Positions 1 to 12,565 of a DNA stretch of 64,000 nucleotides are shown piece by piece; position 1 is the first letter of the stretch; each line of letters starts with the position of its first letter. The stretch is from Fistulifera solaris (lineage: Eukaryota). Under the pieces are notes generated by a model. The model ran no database searches. It saw only the letters and a list, made by a program, of their open reading frames with translations, and was not told the DNA's origin. The position numbers and the translations under genes are program-made. The stretch covers positions 310,001 to 374,000 of the forward strand of contig AP026144.1 of assembly GCA_030295235.1 (NCBI GenBank), given 5' to 3'.

Positions 1-590
1 GGCCGCTATGGGGCGCGGTCACACCCGCGAAAAGTATCTTTATATTGTGGAGAGGATTCGATCCGTAAGTTCTCTGTGCGGTGTCGTATTTGCTGCGGTC
101 TTTTGATGTGAAGACAAATCTCACCGTGTATTCTCTTTCATTGCAGGTAATACCCGACGCATCCATCACAGCAGATGTTATAGTTGGTTTTCCGGGCGAA
201 ACAGAAGAAGATTTTCAAGAGTCATTGGCACTCATGGAAGAAGTGAGATTCGATAACGTCCACACCGCCGCGTACTCCCCACGACCGAACACACCGGCCG
301 CCACCATGGAAGATCAAGTTCCGGATCATGTGAAGAAAGATCGTCTCAGTCGAATCAATGACGTGAACAAGCGTATTGCTGTAGAACGCCGAGCGGCATT
401 GGTGGGTAAGACATTGGAAATTTTGGTAGAGGAGCGCAACATCCGAAATCCAATACAAGTTCTGGGACGAACTCGTCAAGGATTCACTTGCTATATGACT
501 GGGGATATTGATGAATTACGCGGAAAGACGGTACAAGCGGAAATAACGTCCGCTAAAAACTTTCATCTTGTGGGTAGAATAGTTGTTTGA
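1..590 (+). CDS. miaB: MiaB/CDK5RAP1-family tRNA methylthiotransferase, 3' part (exons <1-64, 147-590)
   Basis: Spliced translation AMGRGHTREKYLYIVERIRS|VIPDASITADVIVGFPGETEEDF...YSPRPNTPAA, followed by a C-terminal TRAM-like domain. GTAAGT...TTGCAG intron at 65-146. The 5' end lies outside the window. Confidence 0.9.
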
Positions 591-761
591 TAAATGCTCA
601 GCTTTCTACATTTACGTTGATTGATAATAATTCGAATGAGGGTCTAGAACCCTTTTGCTCTTGCTAGTTTCTGTACAAGTGGTAAGATTTGTTTGTTCAA
701 AACAATCATGACGTCAAAGCACGTTGAGTACTTGAAGAGAGCTCATCACCAGAGCGAGTGC

Positions 762-783
762 GTCTCTCTCTCTCTCTCTCTCT
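762..783. repeat. (CT)n microsatellite
   Basis: Run of tctctc... directly after the Myb stop codon. Confidence 0.9.
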
Positions 784-1653
784 TACATGGGCAAGTCCCC
801 ATAGTGCGCCGTCCACAACTGAGGCGTGGGAAGTGCACCCAGCGGCTGTAGCGGATGAGACGTCCCAGCCGCAAAGAACGAAGCCGCTAGAGCGGACGGC
901 AACGTGACGGATGTCGGATCGTACACTTCTGATTTCGTCGGAGGTCTCGGCGGAGCAGCCAATTGACATAGCGCCGATGCTGCAATGATGTGCTCTCGTC
1001 CTTCCGGGACGGTTTCGGTCGTTTTTTGACGTTTGCGACGAGACGATGTCGGAGATGGCTCGGGGTTCGTATCGAACACGCCAGCTTGTATTATTTTCGG
1101 GTCCAATACTTCATTGAAACCGGTCAGAAGCATTTGCAGTCGACCAACATTTTCTTCTAAACGACGAAACACGTGCTCTCCTTCTTTCAATCGCTTGAGA
1201 ACCTTTTGAGCGTGTGATTTGATTTGCACCAGTGATCTTTGAGGAAGAGAACATGACAGTTTATGTGAGAAAGTGATTGATAAAAACATGAAGGAAACAA
1301 ACGTTTGACGAAAGCATAACAGCTATCGCTAGACAAGGTGACTTACCGATCAGGTAGATAATCACTCATCTTCTTCCATCTAAAAGAGAGAGAAAAAAAG
1401 CATCGTGTCAGTTTCTTCACACTATAACCAGCCAGAATATTCAACAACACTCTTTGTAGACGTACCGTCCCTTGCCATATTTGCGCAAACCATACAAAAA
1501 CAATATCTTTTCATCCAAAGTCCAACGACCGGTACGTTTGGCCACCGTGTTTTGCGCCATCAGAGAAGCCGACAATGCTTCAATGGTAGAAATCGACGTG
1601 TCCTTTTCTATATTCGACAAGGCTAACGCCGAAAACGAATTCGGATTGAACAT
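783..1653 (-). CDS. Single-repeat Myb transcription factor, SHAQK(Y/V) class (exons 1653-1466, 1379-1347, 1236-783)
   Basis: Splicing two GT-AG introns gives RTGRWTLDEKILFLYGLRKYGKGRWKKMSDYLPDRSLVQIKSHAQKVL. Confidence 0.88.
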
Positions 1654-2472
1654 GTTGCCGGCGCTAGTTTACTATGAATGAATCGGCGTTTTGAAAAGGA
1701 CGAAATGATGAATGTCAATCTCCCAAAATTGTGAAGTGAATGCTTCTGATTGTGTCCGTCGGAATAGGAATAATTGAAACCACTTTGAACTGCACATGCA
1801 AAGTGATCAACAAAGGTGTTTGTGAGATGGTTTGTTTCTCAAAGCTTCGTTTGCTTACTAGTTGGCGAATCAATATTTGCAGTCGTACCTGGTAGTTTTT
1901 TGATGTATGCGCCTCAATGGCAAGGATACCTTCTACCTTCCTCACCGCGGCCGCCGGGGGTATCTTTCATCTTTCTCTCTCTCTCGTTGGAGGAGAACCC
2001 ATTTCGGTCGACGGACTATAATGTTGAAAGTACACTACAGGAGTGAGTCAGTCGAAAACATCCTTCGGCAGCGCCCAAGTACTTTTTCTAACTATACACT
2101 GAGTCAGTTCCGACACGGGGCTCGGAATTCCCTGCCGATGCCGTCAGCTTCGGGAACATGCGTACGTCATTTCGAAGAAACGAAGGTTGTGGTACTATCT
2201 CGAATACAGTGAGGACCGTCATTGCCAACGTCATTACCACGTCACCAAGAAAGCGAAAGGATGCGGCTGCAATTCATTCACGGTTGATGCATCATGGGTC
2301 CCTTTTATGACATCATCGGAGGATTCATCAAGTTGAAGTTTACGAGCGGTCTGTCTCTCTTCGACATCCTCGTCAGGACAAACGCGACGATCCTTGGCTT
2401 CATTCACATTCTCTCTTCCTTGTCAAGTAGAGAAGCACCAATTCACTCTCAAACGACAATTTGCATCTCTAC

Positions 2473-2520
<48 letters not shown>
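2473..2520. repeat. (AGCA)12 tetranucleotide microsatellite in the chlM 5' leader
   Basis: Perfect repeat ending 2 bp before the ATG at 2523. Confidence 0.95.
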
Positions 2521-2521
<1 letters not shown>

Positions 2522-2522
2522 C

Positions 2523-3299
2523 ATGAGAGTTATTCTAGCATTCAGTCTTTTCTACAGCGTCGCCGCGTTCGTTCCGTCACAACGGTCGGCTTTTGGTGTC
2601 ACACACTTGGCATCGACGACACAAGACGACAAAACCGAAGTCCGTGAGTATTTCAACACGGAAGGTTTCAATCGATGGAATAAGATATATTCTGATTCCG
2701 ACGATGTCAATAAAGTACAGCTCGATATTCGCAACGGGCACGACCAAACCATTCAAAAAATTTTGAATTGGTTGCAAGCGGATGGCACCGTGCAACAACA
2801 GACTTTCTGCGATTGCGGGTGCGGTGTTGGTAGTCTCGCCATTCCCCTGGCACAAATGGGAGCCAAGAAAGTGTCCGCGAGTGATATTTCCGATGCCATG
2901 GCGAATGAAGCCAAACGCCGCGCACAAGCCTTGGGGATTCGGAATGCCGAATTTTACACGTCCGACCTGGAGTCGGTCACGGGCCAATACGACACAGTGA
3001 CATGTGTCGATGTCGCCATTCATTATCCGGATGAAAAAATGGTTGAAATGATTGAACATTTGTGCAGTTTGTCCAAGGACCGTGTCATGATCAGTTTTGC
3101 GCCCAAGACGTGGTACTATGTCTTTTTGAAGAAAATTGGTGAATTGTTTCCTGGACCCAGCAAGACCACACGAGCGTATTTGCACGAAGAATCGATCATT
3201 CGTGATGCGTTGACCAAATGCGGCTTCGCAGTGCAAAGAGAAGAAATGACAGCGACGAACTTTTACTTTTCGCGACTGCTCGAAGCAAAGCGAGTCTAA
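2523..3299 (+). CDS. chlM: Mg-protoporphyrin IX O-methyltransferase, plastid-targeted
   Basis: Motifs DDKTEVREYFNTEGFNRWNKIY, CDCGCGVGSLAIPLA, VAIHYP and FPGPSKTTRAYLH. Signal peptide followed by VAA-FVP, an ASAFAP-type bipartite presequence. Confidence 0.95.
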   Translation: MRVILAFSLFYSVAAFVPSQRSAFGVTHLASTTQDDKTEVREYFNTEGFNRWNKIYSDSDDVNKVQLDIRNGHDQTIQKILNWLQADGTVQQQTFCDCGCGVGSLAIPLAQMGAKKVSASDISDAMANEAKRRAQALGIRNAEFYTSDLESVTGQYDTVTCVDVAIHYPDEKMVEMIEHLCSLSKDRVMISFAPKTWYYVFLKKIGELFPGPSKTTRAYLHEESIIRDALTKCGFAVQREEMTATNFYFSRLLEAKRV

Positions 3300-3420
3300 G
3301 TCAGCAATTCAAAAAAAACAAACAAATACCAAAAGCAATAAAAAGAACCAAAGTATTTTCAAGTAGTCAGTTTATATCATTCTTATTGTATTTCATTTCA
3401 AAACGAGTCTTGCTCCTTGC

Positions 3421-4401
3421 TTACATGGGTGGAGGCAATGCTAAATGCTGACCCCGGAAGTGAAAGAGTCCGACCGCCCCAAAGAAAATAAGATAATTCT
3501 TGGCAATGGGAAACGTACGACGCAACAAGGAATCTGGCCCGAGCGTCCGATTGTACCATTGCGTCATTTTCGCCACCATTCCTTTGGGTTTTTCGAGCGA
3601 ACGGCTGTTCAAAAAACCGGACGAGACCGCGGGTGGCTTTTGGACAACGCCCTGTTGCATCTGCTGTCGACTCGCTGCCAAGGCTACTTGGCGCAATTCT
3701 TCCACAGCGGCTGCCTTCTGGCGTGTCTCGACATTCAGCTTCTCGTATAATTGATCTCTTTGATCCTTCACCGAAGGCTGGAAGGAGAGGCGCAACGTCA
3801 ATGTACACACGGGTTCCGTCACCACGTCTCCTTCTTGGGCATTCGCGGGCAAAATAGCGACGGGTAACTCAACTTCCACGGGATTTCCGGACGCATTGTC
3901 GACAGCTATAATGGTCGATAGATCATAGGATATCGAAGATCCCAAGGGAATATCCGCATCGACGACCGAAACCGTCAATGTCGACGTGGAAGTATCCACA
4001 GCATGAAAAACAATTTGGGTAGTATTTTCAGCTCCTTCACCGGCGGATGGATTAAAGATCTGATTCAATTCCTTTTCTTCGACGGGAGAGGAGAGTTGTA
4101 TCTTTAACGCCGGCTGTGCTGCTTCCGGAAGTCCTTCGGTCTTGGGAAGTAAAAATAGGAGAGGTTAAGAATGAGAAAGGAACAGAGATTCAGAATGAGA
4201 ATGAAAGGATCGTCTTATTGATAAACACAAAATAGTAGTAGGTGCGCTCACCTGCAACCATGCCACCCCGAGCGAATTCGCTGGAGCATTTTCATCCGGC
4301 GGACCGAGAGATCGCAATTGTCCCCGGATCTCGGCAATATTCTTTTCGTGAAGCATAATTTGTGCTTTGGCTCGCTCGGCGCTTGCTGTAGGATCACTCA
4401 T
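3421..4401 (-). CDS. Hypothetical protein with a C2-like beta region, coiled coil and C-terminal hydrophobic anchor (exons 4401-4252, 4140-3421)
   Basis: A GTGAGC...AAG intron joins the two ORFs in frame. Confidence 0.65.
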
Positions 4402-4899
4402 GATTTATGACGTTGTTGATAAGGAACTTTGATGTTAAATGAAAATGAGTCAATGTTTATGAGTCTATTTGGAATACCAGTAGTGTTTTGTCTCTTCCTT
4501 TCGACTCGCAATCATGGTGCAAAAATGTCGTCCGTCGTCCGTCGTCCCTCGTTTGCGTTCAATCGGTAAGACGAACGGACGCTTTAGGCGAATGATGAAT
4601 GATTAACCGACAACCGACCAGTGACAGACGATCGGTACTTCTCAACATTCGTGATTAAAATGACGAGTGACTGAAAAGGATGAGCGTCAACGATGGGAAG
4701 TGTCACATTTCATTCCGACGCGATCCTTTTTTTCGTTTCGTGTTGTCGTTTTTTTTCTTTGTCCCTTTCCATCGCCCTGCACGAAAAAACGTGTCACGTC
4801 GAAAACGAAAAACAGCGGAAGACGCAAAGTATTCTTTCCATGGGTTCCCACAAATCATCATTGACCAGCGTAGCATCCTCAACAAACAGCAACAATACA

Positions 4900-5924
4900 A
4901 TGAGTGACTTTCAATCCGAAGCAAGCGATTTGCTTCCATCGATATCTTCCAATGTCGCAGGCGAGCCGTCACGTACTGTCAAACAGCAACCCCAACGTAA
5001 GGAAATGTTGTTATAGCCTTTTTCGCTTCGGTCGCTTATTCTCACACAAACGTACTTTTTCCTTCTCTCTAGCCGAATCGATGCTCAAAAGTTTTCTGGC
5101 GGGCGGTGTGGGTGGTGTTTGCGTCGTCCTCGTTGGACATCCCCTCGATTTGATCAAAGTGCGCATGCAAACGGGTGTCGGAGGATCGGTCCTGGGCATG
5201 TTTGCCGATACTTTCCGACAACAGGGTATTCGGGGGTTGTATCGCGGTGTTTCGGCTCCGTTGATTGGTGTCAGTCCCATCTTTGCGTTGAGTTTCTGGG
5301 GTTACGATGTCGGACAGAGATTCGTGCGATGGTCGACGGGTCATGAAGGAGAATTGACTTTGACACACAAATGTATTGCCGGTGGGCTTTCGGCCATTCC
5401 CACTACCATTGTCATGGCTCCTGTCGAGAGAATTAAATGTTTGTTGCAGACCAGCTCGGCGGGACAATACAGGGGTTTTTCCGATTGCGCCGCGTCGGTG
5501 TATCGATCGGGTGGTGTGACCAGTTTGTACCGTGGAACGATATTGACTCTATTGCGAGATGGGCCCGGCAGTGTGGCTTGGTTTGGCATGTACGAATTCA
5601 CGAAAAAAGCCATGATGCAGGCGCAAGGCATGGAGGATACGTCCCAGTTGTCCCCCATTGCCGTCTTGACGGCCGGAGGTTTAGCCGGTATTGCCAATTG
5701 GTCCATTGCCATTCCACCCGATGTACTGAAAAGTCGTTTTCAATCGGCTCCTGATGGTACTTATAAGAACATTGCCGACGTGTACCGTCAATTGGTACAG
5801 AAGGAAGGTCACGGTGCATTGTTTGCGGGTCTCCGACCGGCCATGTTGAGAGCTTTCCCCGCGAATGCGGCTTTGTTTCATGGGAATGGAAGTCGCACGA
5901 AAGGCTCTCAGTTTTATGGACTAA
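4900..5924 (+). CDS. Mitochondrial carrier, carnitine/acylcarnitine translocase-like (SLC25A20 type); intron 4997-5072
   Basis: Three PxD/ExxK motifs (GHPLDLIKVRMQ, APVERIKCLLQ, IPPDVLKSRFQ) and RAFPANAA. Removing one extra T near 5873 restores the C-terminus ACFMGMEVARKALSFMD*. Confidence 0.9.
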
Positions 5925-6154
5925 CAAATTGAAGTAGATCGAATGAATGAGACGATGAAACATACAAATCATCAATAAAGAGGACCACCTTTGAAAAGCC
6001 GTTCACTCCGTAGCATCCGCATCCGTATTGTGAACGGTCGATATCATACAAAATGGGATCGACATAAAATGAGAAAATGAATTTGATCTAGAACGTAGGA
6101 AACGTTTTTGTCCTTTTATGCAACAGCAAGCTGCTAGTGTAGTGTCGATATTTC

Positions 6155-6409
6155 TTACACTAATTGGCGGTGCGATCGACGGACCGCACGAAAGCATTCC
6201 TTGACCGCCGCAAATTCACTCGCACAAGCATCTTTCGAAAGAACACCTTCATCTTCATTTTTCTTCAAAACACAGGCTGCATAGGCATGAATAGCGTCCG
6301 GACACACTTCTTCTTTCATAATGCTGTAGTACTTTGTGAATCGATTTGGGAGTTGTTGGGTTGATCGTTGCGGCACGCTCGACGCAAACGTTCGTATTGA
6401 TCGATTCAT
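6155..6409 (-). CDS. NDUFAF8: Twin CX9C protein, complex I assembly factor NDUFAF8-like
   Basis: CPDAIHAYAAC...LSKDACASEFAAVKECF contains two CX9C motifs and matches the NDUFAF8 pattern. Confidence 0.75.
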   Translation of the reverse strand: MNRSIRTFASSVPQRSTQQLPNRFTKYYSIMKEEVCPDAIHAYAACVLKKNEDEGVLSKDACASEFAAVKECFRAVRRSHRQLV

Positions 6410-6530
6410 GAATTTAGATGCTCCGATAAAAAAATAATGATGAACAGAATAAGTAAATACAAGCTTAATTAATCCTCGTTCATTTTTTGACGTGGAAAGG
6501 CATTATCAACAAAAAAATTTAGTAATTCCG

Positions 6531-6608
6531 GAAACGGCGTTAAAATTCTGCCTCTTCGTAGACGCTACGTAGAATCTTGTAGTGGAGGCAGAATTTTAAC
6601 GTCCTTTC
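6531..6608 (+). mobile_element. ~79-bp hairpin MITE, copy 1
   Basis: 24-bp imperfect terminal inverted repeats (core CGTTAAAATTCTGCCTC) flank a 30-bp spacer. Three more copies occur in the window. Confidence 0.85.
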
Positions 6609-6680
6609 CTGTATAAGGATATAGCTCAAAAACGAAAAAGTACTCCGTAAAAATAAATAAAACTCCATTTGTCCTTTTAG

Positions 6681-7068
6681 TCGGCTATCCTCCCTTTTTG
6701 ATAACGATCAATCGGTTTTGTTTAAAAAGATTCGAAATGGCGAATGGGAATTTAAAGAAAAGGATTGGAACCACATTTCTCAGCCAGCAAAAGATTTTGT
6801 GAAGGTGTTGCTGCTCGTCAACCCGAAAGAAAGATGGTCAGCCAAAGAATGCTTGATGCGCTCGGAATGGCTCAAGCAAGAACCGGAAACGCTTTCTCAA
6901 GTATATTTAGATGGGTCTGTACGCAATATTCGCGAGCAGCGACATAGACTTCAAACTATCGTAAAGGCGATTATGTGGCTTGACGCATCGTCTAAAACCA
7001 CTGCGGAAATCGTTACGCAAGCTCAGGATGTGGTCCTTGATTGCACCCCACCCGCACCTAAAACTTGA
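6681..7068 (+). pseudogene. Orphan 3' exon of a CaMK/CDPK-like Ser/Thr kinase
   Basis: After the acceptor ttgtccttttag the sequence reads GYPPF.DNDQSVLFKKIRNGEWEF...WNHISQPAKDFVKVLLLVNPKERWSAKECL..EWL (subdomains IX-XI). No N-terminal kinase exons are visible upstream. Confidence 0.65.
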
Positions 7069-7474
7069 ACCTAGTATCAGGAATTGGCTCGCACTCTCTC
7101 TTTTCATTGTCCATGGCTGCTTGATCACTACGGAGTAACGTTTTACAATTGTGAATGTGAGTCCTTAGTTGCGTATCGGGTTTGAATCATCAGTTCTTCA
7201 TTTGTTTTCACATTGATGGAAGCAAAAAACTCGGGAAAAAGAGTTACCACGGTGCACGAACTGGGGCGACCTCTGAAGAAGAGCTACAACGTTTCGCTCT
7301 CCTCGCCGCAATCGATGTACACTTCAGACACATCCAGCTCGTAGTCTTAGGTTTCTAAAAAAGAAAAGCGCCGTCAATTGATGGTTTTGGTTGCTCTCGT
7401 CAATGACAAACCGTAAGACTTTCGCTCATTTCCGACGAATCCCACAACTTGATTACAATCGCTTTATTGCGCTG

Positions 7475-7800
7475 ATTGCTAATCTTGCTCCTTCTGGTAC
7501 TTTGAAGAAGCAGCAGCACGGAGTTGTACAATCTGCGACCTTACTTCGTTCCGGACCTTTTGGAGTTGTCCAAGCTGTTGCGCTAGCTCATCGCGGGTTT
7601 TCTTTACGGCGGCGGGCCGCTTGGAAAAGATCCTGTACGTCTTCCATTGCGAACGATTCGTCTCGAGTCTTTCTGCCTTTCAGACGCGTCAGGAAGAACA
7701 AAACAATCAACAGGGTCGCAACGCATGCGCCGAAGGTTGCAAGGAACGGGTTTTGGCTCGAGTTAATGTACAAGTAAGCACTTGACGCTGCCTCACCCAT
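7475..7800 (-). CDS. Small hypothetical membrane-anchored coiled-coil protein (frameshift near 7600)
   Basis: TM segment FLATFGACVATLLIVLFFL. The shifted frame continues as TRDELAQQLGQLQKVRNEVRSQIVQL. The 3' end is approximate. Confidence 0.4.
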
Positions 7801-9011
7801 TCTTTCTTCTCACATTCAAGCTAATTGATAGCGTGATTCTTTCATCGAATGCATGTCTATTGTGGTTTATTGACATATCGGATCTATGTTGCTGAGTGTT
7901 TTTGTGACATTTGTGTCAAACACAGCCGCTCAACGAGCGCTACCATACCAGAAACAATATCCGGGTACTCCCCTGTCGATGGATTTCCCTACTCTCACGT
8001 ATCGACGGACAGAAACAGAAATTCTGTCAACCAAGTCGCTACGTTTCGCAACAACAGAAGAGGAAGTATCTGGTAGAGCTAAGACGATAAACAGTCAAAG
8101 TTTTCCAAACAACAATATTATGAAGCCTTTACAAATCCGACAAATGAACAAGGTGGAATCTCACTGGGTGATGGTTCCGCCGAGAATGTCACTGCCATCG
8201 GACTAGGTCTTGTTTTATCTTGAAATTCTGAGCTCACGTATGTGGCTCTAACATTCTTGTATCGCGTTGCTTGCAAATCTTTCACGCCTTCACGATCAAC
8301 CCAAATCGTGCAAAGACCCTTGGGCCTCGCCCAAGAGGTTACATTCCGGATGCTTCCGATTTGGGGATCGGAATTCGCATTAGGTCGTGCGGCCATATTG
8401 GCTGAGTCCCTAGTAGTCTGCCCGCTATCCGCATTTCCGTGACACCTACGAGGCCAACGTTTAATTGACGTAGACATTTCAAACCGATGCATCATTCGTT
8501 TATTCTACGGTTTGCATTCGGTTTGCTGTCGTTTACTGCTAAATGACCTAAGACAATATGTCGGTAAATATTGCAATGGCAATCCAGGAAAAGACACTCG
8601 TAAAATAAAGATGATGTCGAAAGACCTAGTATCCGGGTTGTTCTACATCGATACATTTCCTATGGTACCGGTACCAGGCCTACGTGAGAGCCAAGTAGTC
8701 AATCAGAACGTTGCATCTTTGCTTTTTCAAGGTCTTTCATTCGAATTTGTTGGTGAATGTTGCAAAGACATTTATGGCTAAAAAGGAACCTTGAAAGCAT
8801 GATTAATTAATGAAGAATCATCATCGTTGTGAAAAGCAAAATCCGGGTTGTGCCACAACAAAGAGAAAGAGGAAAACTGCTATTGACGTTGCGGTACTTG
8901 CTACGCCCATAAACAAACCGTCGTCCGGCGTCCATCGAAATTTTCGTAATTTTCTTTGATAGGCAAGGCAACAAGGTGTCTTCACATCGATCCTGTTCAG
9001 ACTATGATATT

Positions 9012-10017
9012 ATGACGAAAGAAGTTATGAAGTCCGTAGATAAAAGAAGAACAGTTATAGGAAGAAAGAAGACTCTTCCAAGCGTCCTCACAAAGGACCT
9101 GTTACGCACAACAAGAAACGAAAAGAGCCGCCCGGCAACAAACAGGAGAAAAGCAGCGAACCAGTATGGAGTAAAAGTAAGAAGAAGCGTATGCGTGGAT
9201 TGAAGGCCAAGCAAGCGAAACAAGAAGCTTCTGCTTCGTCTCCTTCGGAGTCTTTGCCGAAGGCCGACCATAAAGACAGTACGGCCGAACCAAAGAAACA
9301 AGACCAAACGATGTCGACATTGCAAAAATCGTTCCAAGATCGGTTGTCTGGTTCACGTTTTCGTGTACTGAATGAAGAATTGTATACACAGCCCTCATGG
9401 GAAACCTTTCAGAAATTTCAAGCCAACCCGGAACTCTTTGATCAGTATCATGCCGGGTATCGCAAACAAACGGAACAATGGCCAACCAATCCGGTTCACG
9501 TCATTTTGCAGAAAATACAAAATTACTCATCTCAATCGAAATCAAAAACTCCCTTGGTGATTGCCGATTTAGGGTGTGGTGATGCCGACATTGCGCAGCG
9601 TTTACGGGAGGACACAAACTTTCGCGTGCATTCGTTTGATTTGGTGGCGAAAAGTGAGCTCGTGACGGCATGTGACATGTCTAAAATTCCCTTGGAGTCA
9701 CAGACGGTCGATCTTGCGGTATTTTGCTTATCTCTCATGGGCACAAACTTGGCCGATTTTGTTCGAGAAGCCTTTCGTGTGTTGAAACCAACGGGGCAGT
9801 TGTTTGTCGCCGAAGTCCGATCACGTTTCGAGTCGAAAGAGTCCAAAGACGACTTGTTAGAACACTTTTACAAGTCATGGAGAAGTTGGGATTTACTTGT
9901 CGGAAAACTGATCGAAAGAATAAAATGTTCTTCTTGATGGAATTCGAAAAGAATGGCAATAGACCCGATCCGAAGCTCGAATATACCGCCAAGGCATGTA
10001 TCTACAAACGTAGATAG
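9012..10017 (+). CDS. RRP8: Ribosomal RNA-processing protein 8 (rRNA m1A methyltransferase); apparent frameshifts near 9190 and 9870
   Basis: Motifs RLSGSRFRVLNEELYT, YHAGYRKQTEQWPTNP, IADLGCGDA, VFCLSLMGTN, AEVRSRF and C-terminal ACIYKRR. Confidence 0.93.
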
Positions 10018-10090
10018 GTGAGGATAATACGTCTAGGATCTAACATCGTTTTTACACACGAAGCATCTATTAAGATATTGGGTATCTCCT

Positions 10091-11872
10091 TCATGTCCAC
10101 ATCTTGATCACTCCATCCCAACCACACGTAAAAACTGTCGAGGGTTCACGTGGATGCCACGCACAGCAAATAGCAGGACCTCTGCTGTGCGCTTTGTATC
10201 GTTGCAAAATCCGGTGCTTTTTCCAGTCCCAAATGAACAAGCTCCCCGTTCCATCCCCACTCACGAGAAATTGTCCGTCGGTACTAAACGCCATTTCACA
10301 AGCATATCCGGATACTACATGACCCGAGAACTTCCGTTTCTTTTGCAATGAAAACCGATTACCCGCTTGAAAGACAGTGATCGTATTGTCTAGACTTTGA
10401 CCCACAAAGAATGGCTCAGTGGGGTGCAACACCAGACAGGGCATAGAATGCATGGTGGGATCCGAAATGTATTTGACCGGAACACCAATGTCCCATTCCC
10501 AAACCAAAATCTTTTTATCATCACTGCTCGTGACCATTTTGGTCGTTCCTTGATCTTCGACAAAGACGATAGCATTGACAGGAGCCAAGTGGTGGTTGTA
10601 TTCCTGTGTTATCTGGCCCGTTGTCACATCGTAGGTGACAATCTTGTTGTCACTGCAACCGACAACAAAAAAGTTATCATCGTGAGGATAAAACTGTACA
10701 ACGTACGGAACTTTCTTGTTGGTAAAGGTGTTAAGAACTTGACCACTTTCCGTGTCCCATAAACGCAAGTATCGATCAAAGGATGCCGAGACGAATTTAT
10801 TGCCATTGTGATTAAATTGAACATCCCGAACTCCCGCCGAATGGCCTTCATAAGTTCTCATCAATATTTTCTCGGTTACGGACCATACCATGCATTTTCC
10901 ATCCAGACCGGCCGAAAGAAGTAAATGTCCTGTTTTAGGGAACAAGCGTATACGGTGCACGCCCTTACTGTGTCCCATGAATCGATGCGAACATTTTTTC
11001 GGTACAAAACATCTTGGTGCATCGGACGTACTCTGTCCCGCCGGTGGAGCGATCCAAGATCGTCCCTTATAATCATATTCTTGAGCCGCATGGAACGTCG
11101 TACACGGATCGATGGGTGTTTCTTGAAATTTTTGCGGAGGCAACAAATGTGCCATTTTGCGTTCTACCAGCCGCTCGAATGCATTGGTATTGTCTTGTGC
11201 TTCTTCTTCTAAGCCGCGTTGTCGATTCCGTTCTTGAATATAAGCACGTTCCGCCAATTGTTGAGGCGCCAACGGTTCTCCCTTGGCCATATCCGACAGT
11301 TGATGCTCGGTCATCCATTCTTCTTCCACGCCCGGTGGTCCCCATACACCATATTCCGCTTCATCATCGGATCCTTGGACTAAAACATCATCTTGTTTGG
11401 CGGCAATTTTGGGCCGTTTCGTTGTTTGTTCTTGTTGCACCCATTGTTCGAGACGATGCGCATCGTATCCCAGTGTGGTGCGGACCATGACGTGCCCCTC
11501 CGGAGCGAGTGCCTGACCCGTTCGTGCAAATGTTGTGCGCTGTTGTTGAAAGGCAGTGTTATCAAATGCGACGGTCGTCTTGTCGTTGGCTTGTTGTTGT
11601 TGTTGTTGTTGTTTGTGAGAAGCAGTCGGATCGATCGGACCTTGTAGAGGTTGATACAGCACCGATTTCTGTGGATTGTCGTAAAGAATCAATTCACTTT
11701 TCTTTCGTTTGTTCGTAGTAGTGCTATCAGTGCGAAGATGAGGCACCGTGAGAGCCGTAGATTGTACAGAGGGAGCAGCATTCAAGTAACGACGATCGGG
11801 TCGTTGCAACGAAGGTCGATCGTTCGTTTCTGCGTCTTCTTCAACAGAAGAAGCATCGTCCAGTAGGTCCAT
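10091..11872 (-). CDS. CDC40: Pre-mRNA splicing factor CDC40/PRP17 (WD40)
   Basis: DYKGRSW, CFVPKKC..GHSKGV, seven WD repeats, QEYNHHLAPVN, MHSMP, GHVVSGYAC and TCGWDGVIKMW. Confidence 0.95.
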   Translation of the reverse strand: MDLLDDASSVEEDAETNDRPSLQRPDRRYLNAAPSVQSTALTVPHLRTDSTTTNKRKKSELILYDNPQKSVLYQPLQGPIDPTASHKQQQQQQQANDKTTVAFDNTAFQQQRTTFARTGQALAPEGHVMVRTTLGYDAHRLEQWVQQEQTTKRPKIAAKQDDVLVQGSDDEAEYGVWGPPGVEEEWMTEHQLSDMAKGEPLAPQQLAERAYIQERNRQRGLEEEAQDNTNAFERLVERKMAHLLPPQKFQETPIDPCTTFHAAQEYDYKGRSWIAPPAGQSTSDAPRCFVPKKCSHRFMGHSKGVHRIRLFPKTGHLLLSAGLDGKCMVWSVTEKILMRTYEGHSAGVRDVQFNHNGNKFVSASFDRYLRLWDTESGQVLNTFTNKKVPYVVQFYPHDDNFFVVGCSDNKIVTYDVTTGQITQEYNHHLAPVNAIVFVEDQGTTKMVTSSDDKKILVWEWDIGVPVKYISDPTMHSMPCLVLHPTEPFFVGQSLDNTITVFQAGNRFSLQKKRKFSGHVVSGYACEMAFSTDGQFLVSGDGTGSLFIWDWKKHRILQRYKAHSRGPAICCAWHPREPSTVFTCGWDGVIKMWT

Positions 11873-12565
11873 TGTGTCGTTTACAGTCCAATGTGAAAGA
11901 AAAAGATAAGCAACTGCAAGAGACTGCTGCAGTTAGTTCATAAAGAAACAATAAAGACGATTGATAAACAAATAAATAAAATGCAACGAAATTTGGCCAT
12001 TGTCGCGACGAAATCATCGTCGCCCTTATATTTTTCTCACACACGGACGACGACGTACGACAGCAGTGAGTCACGTACGTGTAACCTTCTTAGTAGTTCA
12101 CGTAAGAACAAAAGGGGTGCGTTGGACCCAAAGTTTCAATTATGAGCCTATCTTATTCCACAATATCATCTTCAACATTAGACTAAAGCTGGTCTGACGA
12201 AAAAATGAATTATCATTCATAGTTTTCAGAGACGGATTCGACCATTTCTCATCACCCACAACGATTGGGCTCGTGACTGCAATCCAGTCCTGGCAAAGTG
12301 GGGCCTACATTTTGGGTCTAGAGTCAACCTGGGGAAGGACATGCGGTCATTTGTGTCATGCGACGACACAGTCTAGAGTCATTCACGAATGAAGTGAAAA
12401 AATTCGAAATTCGAATGGACACAATGACGATGACGATGACCATCATTTCCTTTCAACACAAACAACAGAACGACCAACTGGTCTTGAACTTGAAAGCCAA
12501 GGAATAATTAGAAACGCATAATTATGGAATGAGAAGAACCTCTGATCCTTGTTCTTAAGTGAAAA

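Noticed and set aside
2577..3236. Long antisense ORFs (also 21613-22287 and 55769-56437)
   Set aside because: These are shadows of real genes on the opposite strand.
7850..8830. Short ORFs on both strands
   Set aside because: No recognisable motifs or consistent exon structure; possibly a decayed gene, but not supportable.
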